From positions 7,002 through 44,251 of the forward strand of contig JASMDC010000029.1 of the NCBI GenBank assembly GCA_030753015.1: a stretch of DNA of 37,250 nucleotides, written 5' to 3'. The notes beneath the pieces were generated by a model. The model had not been told where the DNA came from. It was given only the letters and a program-made list of their open reading frames with translations, and made no database searches. Below, in pieces: positions 1 through 9,200 of this stretch (positions are counted from its first letter, which is position 1; the number at the start of each line of letters is the position of its first letter). The DNA is from Candidatus Undinarchaeales archaeon (GTDB lineage: Archaea; SpSt-1190; JASMDC01). The position numbers and the translations under genes were made by a program.

Positions 1-1524
1 TACTGGTTCCTCCGGGGGAAGGTCGTGAGCATCCCATCGGTCGAAGCAATGGAGGGTATGCTCTCCTACCGCATCGCCGAGCTCATCGCCAAGGACCTCG
101 AGGAGTCCCGGGAGGACGCTCTGTGGATGGGATTCCCCGAGGTGAGCGTCCGTCTATACGACACGGGCTTGCTCGTGAAGGCCTCGATCGACGCCAAGGG
201 GAGCGAGGACGGCGAGCGGGGTCAGCTCACGAGCGAGCAGGAGGTGCCCCTGCACCTCAAGCCGCTCCGGGACCTTGCGGAGCGCTACGTACGAAACTAT
301 ACCGTCGAGCGCACCATCGAGGCGTCCCTGCTGAACGCCCTCATCCAGGACCCACGCATACCCGCGCCGCCCGGCATGGTCACCAAGAACCTGGGTTGCT
401 CGGAGCAGGAAGCGCTGGCCTACAAGCGCGATATGATCGCACCCATGCGCGAGAACGCAAGAATGGCCGTGGCCCTTGAGCTTCGGCGGTTGGCGGAGAG
501 CGACCTGGTCACGAGGGAAACAGAGTGGTCTATCGAGGCCGACGAACGTGGCCTTGAGTTCTCTCTTCTGGCCAACGAGGGCGTGCAGGCGGAGGGGCAT
601 GACTGGGAGAGCACAAACGTCGTGTACCACGTCCCGGCCCGTATGCCACACTCCGCTCTGGCCGAGGAGGGGATGTGCTCTTCTTATTACACGGTCGCCT
701 ACACCGCGCGGTTCCCGGTTGAGGTCACTATCACCGACCTCTCCAAACCCGGGATGCTGAAGGGCGTGGAGGGCTCGACCGCTACCCGCCCCCTGACGTT
801 CAAGATAATGCTCGGGATACTGGTGGAGCACAACGAACCCGACGCAGTCGACCTCAACATCACCCTGGACGAGAACGTCACCGACCTCTGCACAGGTGCG
901 TGCTCCCTGCGGGTCATCGTGGAGAACTCCAATGCAGGGCACATCTCCTTGGACACGTGCTCGTACGAGTACAGGGGCGAGGTTTTCAGTGCTCCGAACG
1001 TCCCGTGCGGTGTCCACTCCCTGGTCGTGGAGTCAGGGGAGCCCATCGGCCTTGCACGGTATGCCAAGCAGGTGAACATCGTGGGCAATTACACCGAGCA
1101 GATCGCGTTCACGGAACGGAGCACGGTGCTCGGCAAGGTGGTCGTGCGCGAGCGGGTCTACTGCACATCCTCGGGTACGGTGCGAGAGCTGGGTGACCGC
1201 CCCGCGGGGTTCGTCGATGGTGAGCCGCCCATGTACATCAAGGTGGTCATCCGCTCACTGGAAGGTGACGACCTGGAGACGCGATCCACCATAGCTGACG
1301 AGGACGGACGGTTCCTCCTCTCCGGCCTCGATCCGGGGAAGTACCTCGTCCTCGCCCGGAGTTCCCTCGACCTCACCAACATCCCCTCCTACAAGGTCCA
1401 GCCCGCCGCCTTCATCCAGGACGTCATGCCAGGACGGAACGAGATCGAGATAGTGCTCGAACCGCTCCTCATGGAGCTCGTCGATGACACCTATGTGGCT
1501 GTCAGCTCGCGCAAGGAATGCTGA
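1..1524 (+). CDS. Family A pilin-like surface protein, copy A1 (5'-truncated by window edge)
   Basis: Frame 1 is open from base 1 (YWFLRGKVVSIPSVEAM), matching PYLFYRGKIVNVPSVEVM in A2 and PYWFYRGNIVNIPSVEVM in A3. It shares PLxLKxLRDLAERYV, ANEG, DLCxGACS, VYCT, PGxYLVxA and a terminal Cys (SRKEC*). Confidence 0.9.
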   Translation, partial: YWFLRGKVVSIPSVEAMEGMLSYRIAELIAKDLEESREDALWMGFPEVSVRLYDTGLLVKASIDAKGSEDGERGQLTSEQEVPLHLKPLRDLAERYVRNYTVERTIEASLLNALIQDPRIPAPPGMVTKNLGCSEQEALAYKRDMIAPMRENARMAVALELRRLAESDLVTRETEWSIEADERGLEFSLLANEGVQAEGHDWESTNVVYHVPARMPHSALAEEGMCSSYYTVAYTARFPVEVTITDLSKPGMLKGVEGSTATRPLTFKIMLGILVEHNEPDAVDLNITLDENVTDLCTGACSLRVIVENSNAGHISLDTCSYEYRGEVFSAPNVPCGVHSLVVESGEPIGLARYAKQVNIVGNYTEQIAFTERSTVLGKVVVRERVYCTSSGTVRELGDRPAGFVDGEPPMYIKVVIRSLEGDDLETRSTIADEDGRFLLSGLDPGKYLVLARSSLDLTNIPSYKVQPAAFIQDVMPGRNEIEIVLEPLLMELVDDTYVAVSSRKEC

Positions 1525-1684
1525 CCCCCCGGAGGACGCCCACCCAGCGATACGTTGAACGGAATGATATTCTTCAGAGTTAGGTCAAAATAAGGACAAA
1601 TAGGCCGCAAGAACGTGTGTGGAACAACAGGCAACAATCGGCACAGGGTGGGTACCACGCCCAACGATTCGATGACAGGACCGC

Positions 1685-1717
1685 AACAACGCCCTAACAA
1701 CGCATATATATAGTTGC
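1685..1717 (+). promoter_or_regulatory. Putative TATA box (ATATATATA, 1704-1712) with adjacent AACAACGC direct repeats, upstream of the B1-A2-C1-C2-C3 run
   Basis: The strongest TATA-like run in the 1525-1761 spacer, about 50 bp before the ATG at 1762. AACAACGC occurs at 1685 and 1696. Confidence 0.5.
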
Positions 1718-1761
1718 AGCCTACAAGTATGAGTGAGCTTATGCTCTAGAGTGGTCCCCTG

Positions 1762-4488
1762 ATGGGAAAGGTACGGTTGTTCACGGTTCTGATTGCAGTA
1801 TGTCTTGCGTTCCTGCCCTTAGCGGTAGGAGCAGCGAGTGCAGGTATCGAGGAGGTGGCCGACGTCTCGACATTAGCCCTGATACGTGGTAAGGTGACAT
1901 TTCATATGCCATCGGGCGCCGCCCCGCCACGTGATACCCTCGATGCAGTTTGTCGTCGGCTCACTGACGCGGTCTCTTGCATCCCGAGCGTCGTCGACTC
2001 GCCCGCGGGCTCTGATGTGAGCTTCAACGTCGACCTCCCTCATGATTTATCCATCATCTCCGCCGAGGGAGAGGGTCCGTCGCGTCTCGTTCTCCTCTCC
2101 AAGCTCCGTCCGGTCCAGTTCGCTCTCGGTGCCGGGTTCGGTGACATGACACGGGCCCTGAGCATCCGCTACCCGACCCATACCACTGTCGTGGAAGAGG
2201 TCAGGGACACCGAGATCACTGCGACCATCCCACTGGACATATCCGCTGCACGGGACCTCCCCCTCGCGGATCCAGGCCCCGTTTCCGTGGGCGAGGTGTT
2301 CAGCGTGCCAGCACCTGGGGGCGATATGTGCATCTTCGCCATCCTCGAGGGCTCGAGCGTCGCCGAGTCGCGCCTCGCGCCCGGCTGTCGCGATGCCGTG
2401 CTCTCCACCGCCGGGCTGAGCGCTGGTAGCTCGTACAAGCTTCTCGTCGTGTCTGTGGACGTCGGTGGCATCCGTGCCACTACCAAGGACCTGTTCCTCG
2501 AGAGCGTGGACAATCCGCTGGCCATGACGCTAGACCGTGACACAGTGGTCATGGGCGACCCCTTCACCATCGAGCTCGGCCTCACGTCAGAGTCGTGCAC
2601 GGTCACCCTCACAGATCCGTCAGGGGTCGTGGCCGACCGGCTAGAGCTCAGCGACTGCGACCGGATTCCCGTTGGGACCTCCTCCGGGCTGGCCCCCGGG
2701 AGGTATATAGTCAGGGTGGAGGCAAAGACCGGTGGCAAGGTCAGCACCGCAGCGCGAACCATCGAGGTACGCTCCGGCGGGATGGACGCCACTTCCATGA
2801 AGGTCGAGAAGCGTTCCTATCTTCCGGGCGAGACGGCGAGCATCCACGTGGACACCCCCGGCGACTACTGCTACACAGGCGTGTACAACATGGACAACAT
2901 CAAGGTCGGCGAGGACGCTTCCTTCGGGTGTGGTTCGTACGAGATGAAGCTCGACGAGGCCCTGCCTGCCGGCAAGTACCTCATAAAGACCGAGGTGTTC
3001 GACCGGGGCACACTCAAGGCCGTCGCCTCCACGTCCATCGAGGTCGAGGCGTGGGAGCCCCGCATGCGGACCACACAGGCCGAACTGTGCACACACGGGT
3101 TCATTGCTGTTGACGATCATAGGATCCAGTGCATCTCCGAGAGCGATACGTGTATACCCTCGTCCATCTCGGCTCCCTTCTGCGTGTGCTTTATCGAGGG
3201 CGATGCTCGGTCCGTGTGCGAGTACGGCGATTCCTGCACGTCCCAAGGATGCAAGCCACCAGTGGTCGCGAGCCCGTTCACAATCGTCCACGAGCTGAGC
3301 GGTCGATGTCTCGCGAGGCGTGGCGCCGATACGCTCACCTGTCTGGAGATCGGCGAGATCTGCGGCGACGAGTGTGTATGCCTCTCCGGCGACGGTTCGC
3401 CCATCTCCGCCTGCACGGACGGTCAGGCGTGCCAACCCGAGGGCTGCCGGACCGCCAACCTGGAGTTCAAGGTAGAGTCCCGTTCCGCCGACCATGTCCG
3501 GACCGACATCCTCCGGGGAGGCCTAACCGTGACCTGGGAGGGCACCGTCGACTTCGAGGGGCGTCGCCTCGAGACAGGTCCGCTCGCAGGGAAGGCGTTC
3601 ATCGGGCAGCTGGAGGCCGAGGCGTTCGATGCCTCGTTCGACAGGAATAAATGGGCCGTGAAGGCCGTGTTCAAGGGCGAGCTGGGGCCCGGTGTCCACG
3701 AGCTCTACCTCATGACCGAGCACGGTGGCTACACCCACGTGATCCGCAGGCCGTTCGAGGTCTGGTACCCGGTCGATGCGGGCGACCTCGAGGTCTCTCT
3801 AGAGCGCGTGACACCGCGCCAACTCTCCAGCAAGGAGATGGAGACGGGCACGACCATCGAGCTGGGAGCGCGCATCCGCGACGCCCGGGGGACCGATCTC
3901 GTCTACCTCCCCCAGGACGCATTCACGCTCAAGGCCGGCGGCGTGACCGCCGACTCCGTGGGCGCCGAGTACAGCCCGGTGTCGGGCATCTGGACCATCG
4001 TGGGCGACCTGTACGGGCGCTCGACGGGAGAGGACTCCGTCTCCCTCACCGCGGACTACCTGGGACGCCGGGGTTCGATAAAGGATACAATCTCAGTAGT
4101 GGAACGTATCCCGCTTGCGGTCCGCATCCTCAAGGTGGACCCGGGCACTCGTGACAAACCGCTCTTCTACATGCTCACCACCCTCGGCTTCGACCTGGAC
4201 GTCTTCCTCCACATCCGGGGCGCAGACCGCGTGGACAAGGAGAGCTTTGACATCCGTATGGGCGGCCATCGGGTCAAACCCGAGGACATCTCCTATATCG
4301 TCAGTTCGCTGGAGGGGACGCGCGTGCACATCACACGCGTGCGCCTCTGCCCGCCGGAGAAGCCCAATACGCTCGTCCCCTTGGTGGTGGGCGTGACCGT
4401 CGGTGGCAAGGCAGCCCAGGACACCACCACTGTCCTCATCAAGCGTAATCCGGGTAACTGGGACAACGTCGCGGAGGCGAGGTGCTGA
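1762..4488 (+). CDS. Family B secreted Cys-rich multi-Ig-like protein, copy B1 (908 aa)
   Basis: Sec-type signal peptide (MGKVRLFTVLIAVCLAFLPLAVGAASA). Repeated beta modules (LDRDTVVMGDPF, VEKRSYLPGETA) and a duplicated Cys-rich module. Collinear with 31042..33846 (IRYPTHTTV, CLARxGxxTxxC, VWYPV, DPG). Confidence 0.88.
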   Translation: MGKVRLFTVLIAVCLAFLPLAVGAASAGIEEVADVSTLALIRGKVTFHMPSGAAPPRDTLDAVCRRLTDAVSCIPSVVDSPAGSDVSFNVDLPHDLSIISAEGEGPSRLVLLSKLRPVQFALGAGFGDMTRALSIRYPTHTTVVEEVRDTEITATIPLDISAARDLPLADPGPVSVGEVFSVPAPGGDMCIFAILEGSSVAESRLAPGCRDAVLSTAGLSAGSSYKLLVVSVDVGGIRATTKDLFLESVDNPLAMTLDRDTVVMGDPFTIELGLTSESCTVTLTDPSGVVADRLELSDCDRIPVGTSSGLAPGRYIVRVEAKTGGKVSTAARTIEVRSGGMDATSMKVEKRSYLPGETASIHVDTPGDYCYTGVYNMDNIKVGEDASFGCGSYEMKLDEALPAGKYLIKTEVFDRGTLKAVASTSIEVEAWEPRMRTTQAELCTHGFIAVDDHRIQCISESDTCIPSSISAPFCVCFIEGDARSVCEYGDSCTSQGCKPPVVASPFTIVHELSGRCLARRGADTLTCLEIGEICGDECVCLSGDGSPISACTDGQACQPEGCRTANLEFKVESRSADHVRTDILRGGLTVTWEGTVDFEGRRLETGPLAGKAFIGQLEAEAFDASFDRNKWAVKAVFKGELGPGVHELYLMTEHGGYTHVIRRPFEVWYPVDAGDLEVSLERVTPRQLSSKEMETGTTIELGARIRDARGTDLVYLPQDAFTLKAGGVTADSVGAEYSPVSGIWTIVGDLYGRSTGEDSVSLTADYLGRRGSIKDTISVVERIPLAVRILKVDPGTRDKPLFYMLTTLGFDLDVFLHIRGADRVDKESFDIRMGGHRVKPEDISYIVSSLEGTRVHITRVRLCPPEKPNTLVPLVVGVTVGGKAAQDTTTVLIKRNPGNWDNVAEARC

Positions 4489-6290
4489 TGGCGTGTCGAC
4501 AGCGAGGCCAGTTGTCGATGATGGCGCTCATGGCCATCTCTCTGGTGATCATCGTTATCGTCGGGGGCTATCTCTATCAGGGCCGTACCGAGCGCGAGAT
4601 CAGGGTGGGACGTATCGCCTCCGAGTCGACCCGCGAGCTCCTCATCAAGCTCGAGCAGCAGGTGGACTCCTTCCTCACCGATTCCATGTACGAGACGGCG
4701 TACGAGATGGCAACACACGGAGGTTTCATCGCCGAGAACGTGCCCGAGCCGAACCATTACGGCGTGCCGTACCTGTTCTATCGCGGAAAGATCGTCAACG
4801 TACCGTCGGTGGAGGTCATGGAACAGATGTACGCCGATGAGGTTAAGCGGCGCTTGGAGACCAAGATCGCCGAGGTCCGACGCGAACTGGAGGGGCGGGT
4901 CATGCTCGCCGTTCCCGAGGTACAGATCACGATCATCGACGATGCCATCATGGCCAAGATGGAGCTGCCCGTCGAGGTGCAGGGCGAGGCCCAGGCCCGC
5001 TCGCGCATCCCTGTCTCCACAACGGTACCCCTGCGTATCAAGCGCCTGCGGGACATGGCCGAGCGGTACGTCCACGACTATGCCACCGTGCGCCGCATGG
5101 AGACGAGCATCCTCCATGGCATCACCAACGACGACCGTATCTCCAATCCTCCCGGCGGTGTCACCCGGACCATCCCCTGCGAGGGGAAGACCATCTTCCG
5201 TACCAAGAAGGAACTGGTCACGCCCTTCAGGGAGAACACACAGCTCTCAGTGTCCTTGGAGCTCAAGCGCGTGCGCGAGAACAAGGATCTGACCGCCGAC
5301 CATATCGAGTGGGACGTGGACCTCAATCCCCGCGAGATCGATTTTAGCTTCCTCGCGAACGAGGATGAGGGGGACTTCAAGAGCACGGACGTCATCTACT
5401 TCGTTCCCATCCCCTTCGCCATGTTCGACCTGCGCGACGGGCTGTGCTTCTCAAAGTACTTCGTCCACTATGACGTCAATTTCCCCGTGCGCTACACCAT
5501 CCGTGACATCATGCCCACGGCCCAGGTCATCGGGAGCGAGACCAAGCTCGAAGTGCGCCCCCTGGAGTTCCAGTTCTACATGATGCCGCTGCTCGAGGGC
5601 GAGGACGCTTTCGCCGTCGATCCGACCGTCAAGGCGTCCCAGACGATGGACGACATGTGTCAGGGCTCCTGCTCGATCGACCTCACCATCACCAACTCCG
5701 ACGCGGGGACCGTGTGGCTCGACTCCTGCAAGTACCGCTACTCCGGTGGCCGCATCTCCCGAGAGGGGGTAGTGTGCAAGCTGCATACCATGGTAATAGA
5801 GCCAGATGCCCAGTTCAACCTTGCCAAGCATGTGGCCCAGGTGAACATCGTCGGCGCCTACCGCGAGATGATCACGCTCAAACCCTTCGCCACCATTTCT
5901 GGCACCATCGGCGAGAACCAGCGGGTGTACTGCACACGGACGCGCTCGGTGCTGGAGCGGGGTACAGAGCCGCTGGGCTCGATGGAGGGAGGTGCCGGCG
6001 GGTCCGTCGAGGTCATCTTCCAGCCCCTCTCCCCGCGCATCGAGCGCAGGCGTGCCGTGGCGGACGAGAAAGGGGAGTACCTGCTCTCCTTCATCGTCCC
6101 AGGCCGCTACCTCGTCATGGCCTTCCCCTCGCGCGACGATTCGGGGATGCCCTATGGTACGGTGGAATCGAAGGGGATGATCTATGAAGTAAAGGAGGGA
6201 AAGAACACACTCGACATTACACTGGAGCCGTTGGGCGTCCAGAAAGTGGGAAACGACTACGTGCGAGTATCGGCAACGGAGGACTGTTAA
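4488..6290 (+). CDS. Family A pilin-like surface protein, copy A2 (600 aa), with class III signal peptide
   Basis: The ATG at 4488 overlaps the B1 stop (TGATG) and follows GGAGGCGAGGTG. The N-terminus MACRQRG/QLSMMALMAISLVIIVIVGGYLY fits the archaeal class III (prepilin peptidase) pattern. C-terminal beta-sandwich (ADEKGEYLLSFIVPGRYLVMA); ends EDC*. Confidence 0.88.
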   Translation: MACRQRGQLSMMALMAISLVIIVIVGGYLYQGRTEREIRVGRIASESTRELLIKLEQQVDSFLTDSMYETAYEMATHGGFIAENVPEPNHYGVPYLFYRGKIVNVPSVEVMEQMYADEVKRRLETKIAEVRRELEGRVMLAVPEVQITIIDDAIMAKMELPVEVQGEAQARSRIPVSTTVPLRIKRLRDMAERYVHDYATVRRMETSILHGITNDDRISNPPGGVTRTIPCEGKTIFRTKKELVTPFRENTQLSVSLELKRVRENKDLTADHIEWDVDLNPREIDFSFLANEDEGDFKSTDVIYFVPIPFAMFDLRDGLCFSKYFVHYDVNFPVRYTIRDIMPTAQVIGSETKLEVRPLEFQFYMMPLLEGEDAFAVDPTVKASQTMDDMCQGSCSIDLTITNSDAGTVWLDSCKYRYSGGRISREGVVCKLHTMVIEPDAQFNLAKHVAQVNIVGAYREMITLKPFATISGTIGENQRVYCTRTRSVLERGTEPLGSMEGGAGGSVEVIFQPLSPRIERRRAVADEKGEYLLSFIVPGRYLVMAFPSRDDSGMPYGTVESKGMIYEVKEGKNTLDITLEPLGVQKVGNDYVRVSATEDC

Positions 6291-6291
6291 C

Positions 6292-9200
6292 ATGGTACGG
6301 GATACCGTCCTTGCCGTCATCCTCGCCGCCGCTCTTATGACGGTGACGGGCCTGGGGGCCACACAATGTATCAACAAGGAGTATGCGCCGCCGTGCGAGG
6401 GCATCGATTGCGATGCTCCCGGCTGGAGGCTGCCTACCGTCGGGTTCGACGATGACGGCGCCACCACCATCTCGACCGGTACCGTGACCGCGAACGTCGG
6501 GCCGGACCAGGTGATGCGCGGACTTGTCATCGATGGCGGGGAGGTGAAGGTGGACATCGGTCAGGAGGGGGTCGACCACGTCATGCTCGTCACCGATACA
6601 GGGAACCGCATCAAGGTGGCCCGGGACGGTAGCGTGGACATAGAGGACGGCTCCTACACTCTCACCGACGGTACGCCCATCCAGGTCATCGGCGGCCGTA
6701 TGCGGCTCACCGAGCCACAGGTATTCTCGTCGGGGAACGTGGACGTCACCATCGACAATGAGGGAGTCGAATGGATCACCATGAGGACCGACGAGGGCAA
6801 TCAGATCACCGTGATGGCTGACGGTGATACAACCTTCGACGACGGTAACTATCGGCTCCTGGATGGCACCGAGGTGCGTATCGAGGGAGGATCGGTCCAG
6901 CTCCCCTCCTCCATGGAGTACGGCAGCGAGGACGGGACTGTCTCGGTCTCGGTGGGTAACAACGGCCTGGACGGATTCGTCATCATCCCCCCGAGCGGCG
7001 GGAGCATCCGCATCGACGACGACGGTGACCTCAGGGCCGATGACGGCGTGTACACGATCGACGGCCGGACGGTCCGTTCCGTGGACGGTAGACTGCCCTC
7101 GGGCACCATCTCGCTCGGTCCCGGCGCATCATTCGACCTCGACTATGACGTGGCTGACCGGTTCTCCGGTCGGTTCGACGGTCCGGCAGGTGCCATCACG
7201 TTCCAGGACGGGAGACCTTCAGGTCGCCTTGACCTCAGGCGCGATGGACGGGAGTTCACATTGGACCTTGACAGGGGCGACGGCGCCTTTAACTTCGCTG
7301 GTCCCGATGGGGACGCGGCCACATCCTTCGACCGCCGTGGTGTCGTGGGCGCGACCATTGACATGGGCGGAGGTGCACAGATCACCATGGGTCAGGGTCC
7401 TTTCGGTGGGAACATGGCCATCGACATGAACCTCGATGGACAGCACATCACATTCGATCCCCAGCACGGTCCAAGCGGCAAGATCGCGGCGAACAAGGAC
7501 GGGGCAAACTACGCCATCAACCTCGACCAGGGCGCCGGCCATGTGAGTCTTGCGGATGGTACGTTCGACATGTCCTTCGATCCCCAGCGGGGCATGATCG
7601 ACGGCTCCATCCGTGTGAACGAGAACGGTGTCAACGCCGATATCGACCTTACCGGCGCAGGTCCCCGCGGTCGCATCGACTTCGGGGACGGCGGAGGTAT
7701 CACTTTCGGCCCCAACGGCTTCGACGGGGGATTCTCCACCGGCGACGGCGATAACAAGATCGACTTCGACTTCGGACCCGGGGGCATCGGTGTCAAGGGG
7801 ATGGCAGACGGGAACAAGTTCGACTTCGGTCTCGGCCCCAACGGCTTCGACGGGGGCATGAACCTCGGAGGGGACAAGGGCGGAGGCGGGAAAGGGTTCG
7901 ACATCGGCCAGCTCGGCAAGGTGCTCGGCTCCTTCCCCATGCAGGGCGGCGGACGTGCGTCCTTCACGCCCCAGGGGACCGCGCTCCAGTACGGCCCCTC
8001 CACGGTGAAGCTGGACAACGGTGCCATCTCCACCGAGACGACGAAGCCCGAGACGGGCGCCGGCCAGGATGCAGGCCAGGAGGATAGCGGTGAGAAGGGC
8101 ATGAACGTCTGCACGCCCAGGCTGCTCTCCCGACCCCAGACCGCTGGCGGAGGAGGCCCGCCCATGGACCCCTCGCTCACCGACTGCGATCCCAAGCGGA
8201 CCGCCGTGAACCAGCGGGAGCACGTCGACAAGCTCGTCAACGACTTCAACCGCGCCAATGAGTACTACTCCACCATGCTCGCGAATCTCGAGACCATTCG
8301 GAAGGGATTCGAGCAGTGGTGCCAGAACTGCCAGAAGGCCACACAGGAGTTCATACAGAAGCGGTACATGCCCTGCGGCGGGAAGCTCGCTATGAATCCC
8401 ACTCCGGCCAAGGTAGCCGCCGATCCTACCTTCGGCCCCGAGATCTGCGGCGAGTCGGTGAAGACACTGTGCGCGCCCGACAACAAGGAGACAGCGGAAT
8501 GCACTGCCAACACCAAACCCTTGGACAACGCCAAGGCCTGCCCCCTGTGTCTGACGGTGAACTGCGTGTTCGGGGACAAGTGCGAGATCGGCTTCCCGAA
8601 CAACAAGGGCGCCGGGAAGGAGCAGCAGCCGAAGGAGGACGAGGCTGGCTCCGGTGGCGAGAAGGGCAGCGAGGAGGACGAGAAGGCCAAATCGGAGGCA
8701 TGCGGTGCCCAGAGCGGTGAGCAGCCTCCTAGCGGACAGCAGCCCCCTGGCGGTGCCCAGCCCCCCGGTGGTCAGCAGCCTCCGGGTGGTCAGCAGCCCC
8801 CTGGCGGTAAACAGCCCGGCGGTGGCGGTCTGCCCTTCGACCCGAGCGGCATGTTCAAGCCCAAAGAGGACGAGAAGGATGAGCCCGAACCGACTCCCCA
8901 GCCTACACCCGAACCTGAGACCGATGAGCCCCTGGACGAGGTCCCACCCGAGGAGGCACCTCTCGAGGGACAGTCGGAGAACACAGAGTCGTCGTGCACC
9001 TGCGAGGGTACCTACGAGCCGGTGTGCGGTACCGACGGACGCACCTACATCAACCGGTGCATCGCCGGATGCTTCAAGGTGGAGGTGGCCCATGACGCCG
9101 CCTGTGACGAGTGGTGTGAGACCGATGCGGACTGCATCCCCGAGCGCTGCTGTGCTACCGAGACCAAGTGCGTGTGCGTCAACAACCGATGCCAGCGCGG

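Noticed and set aside
1525-1540. Similar CCCC(G)GAGGAC sequence after the A1 stop and after the A3 stop (about 35716)
   Set aside because: Only about 10 bp in GC-rich DNA, which is compatible with chance or a duplication remnant.
7219-9093. 624-aa minus-strand ORF and other long antisense ORFs (e.g. 5451..6557, 22807..24039, 32557..33798)
   Set aside because: Shadow frames of GC-rich coding genes. They lie wholly opposite well-supported paralogous CDSs and show no recognisable motifs.
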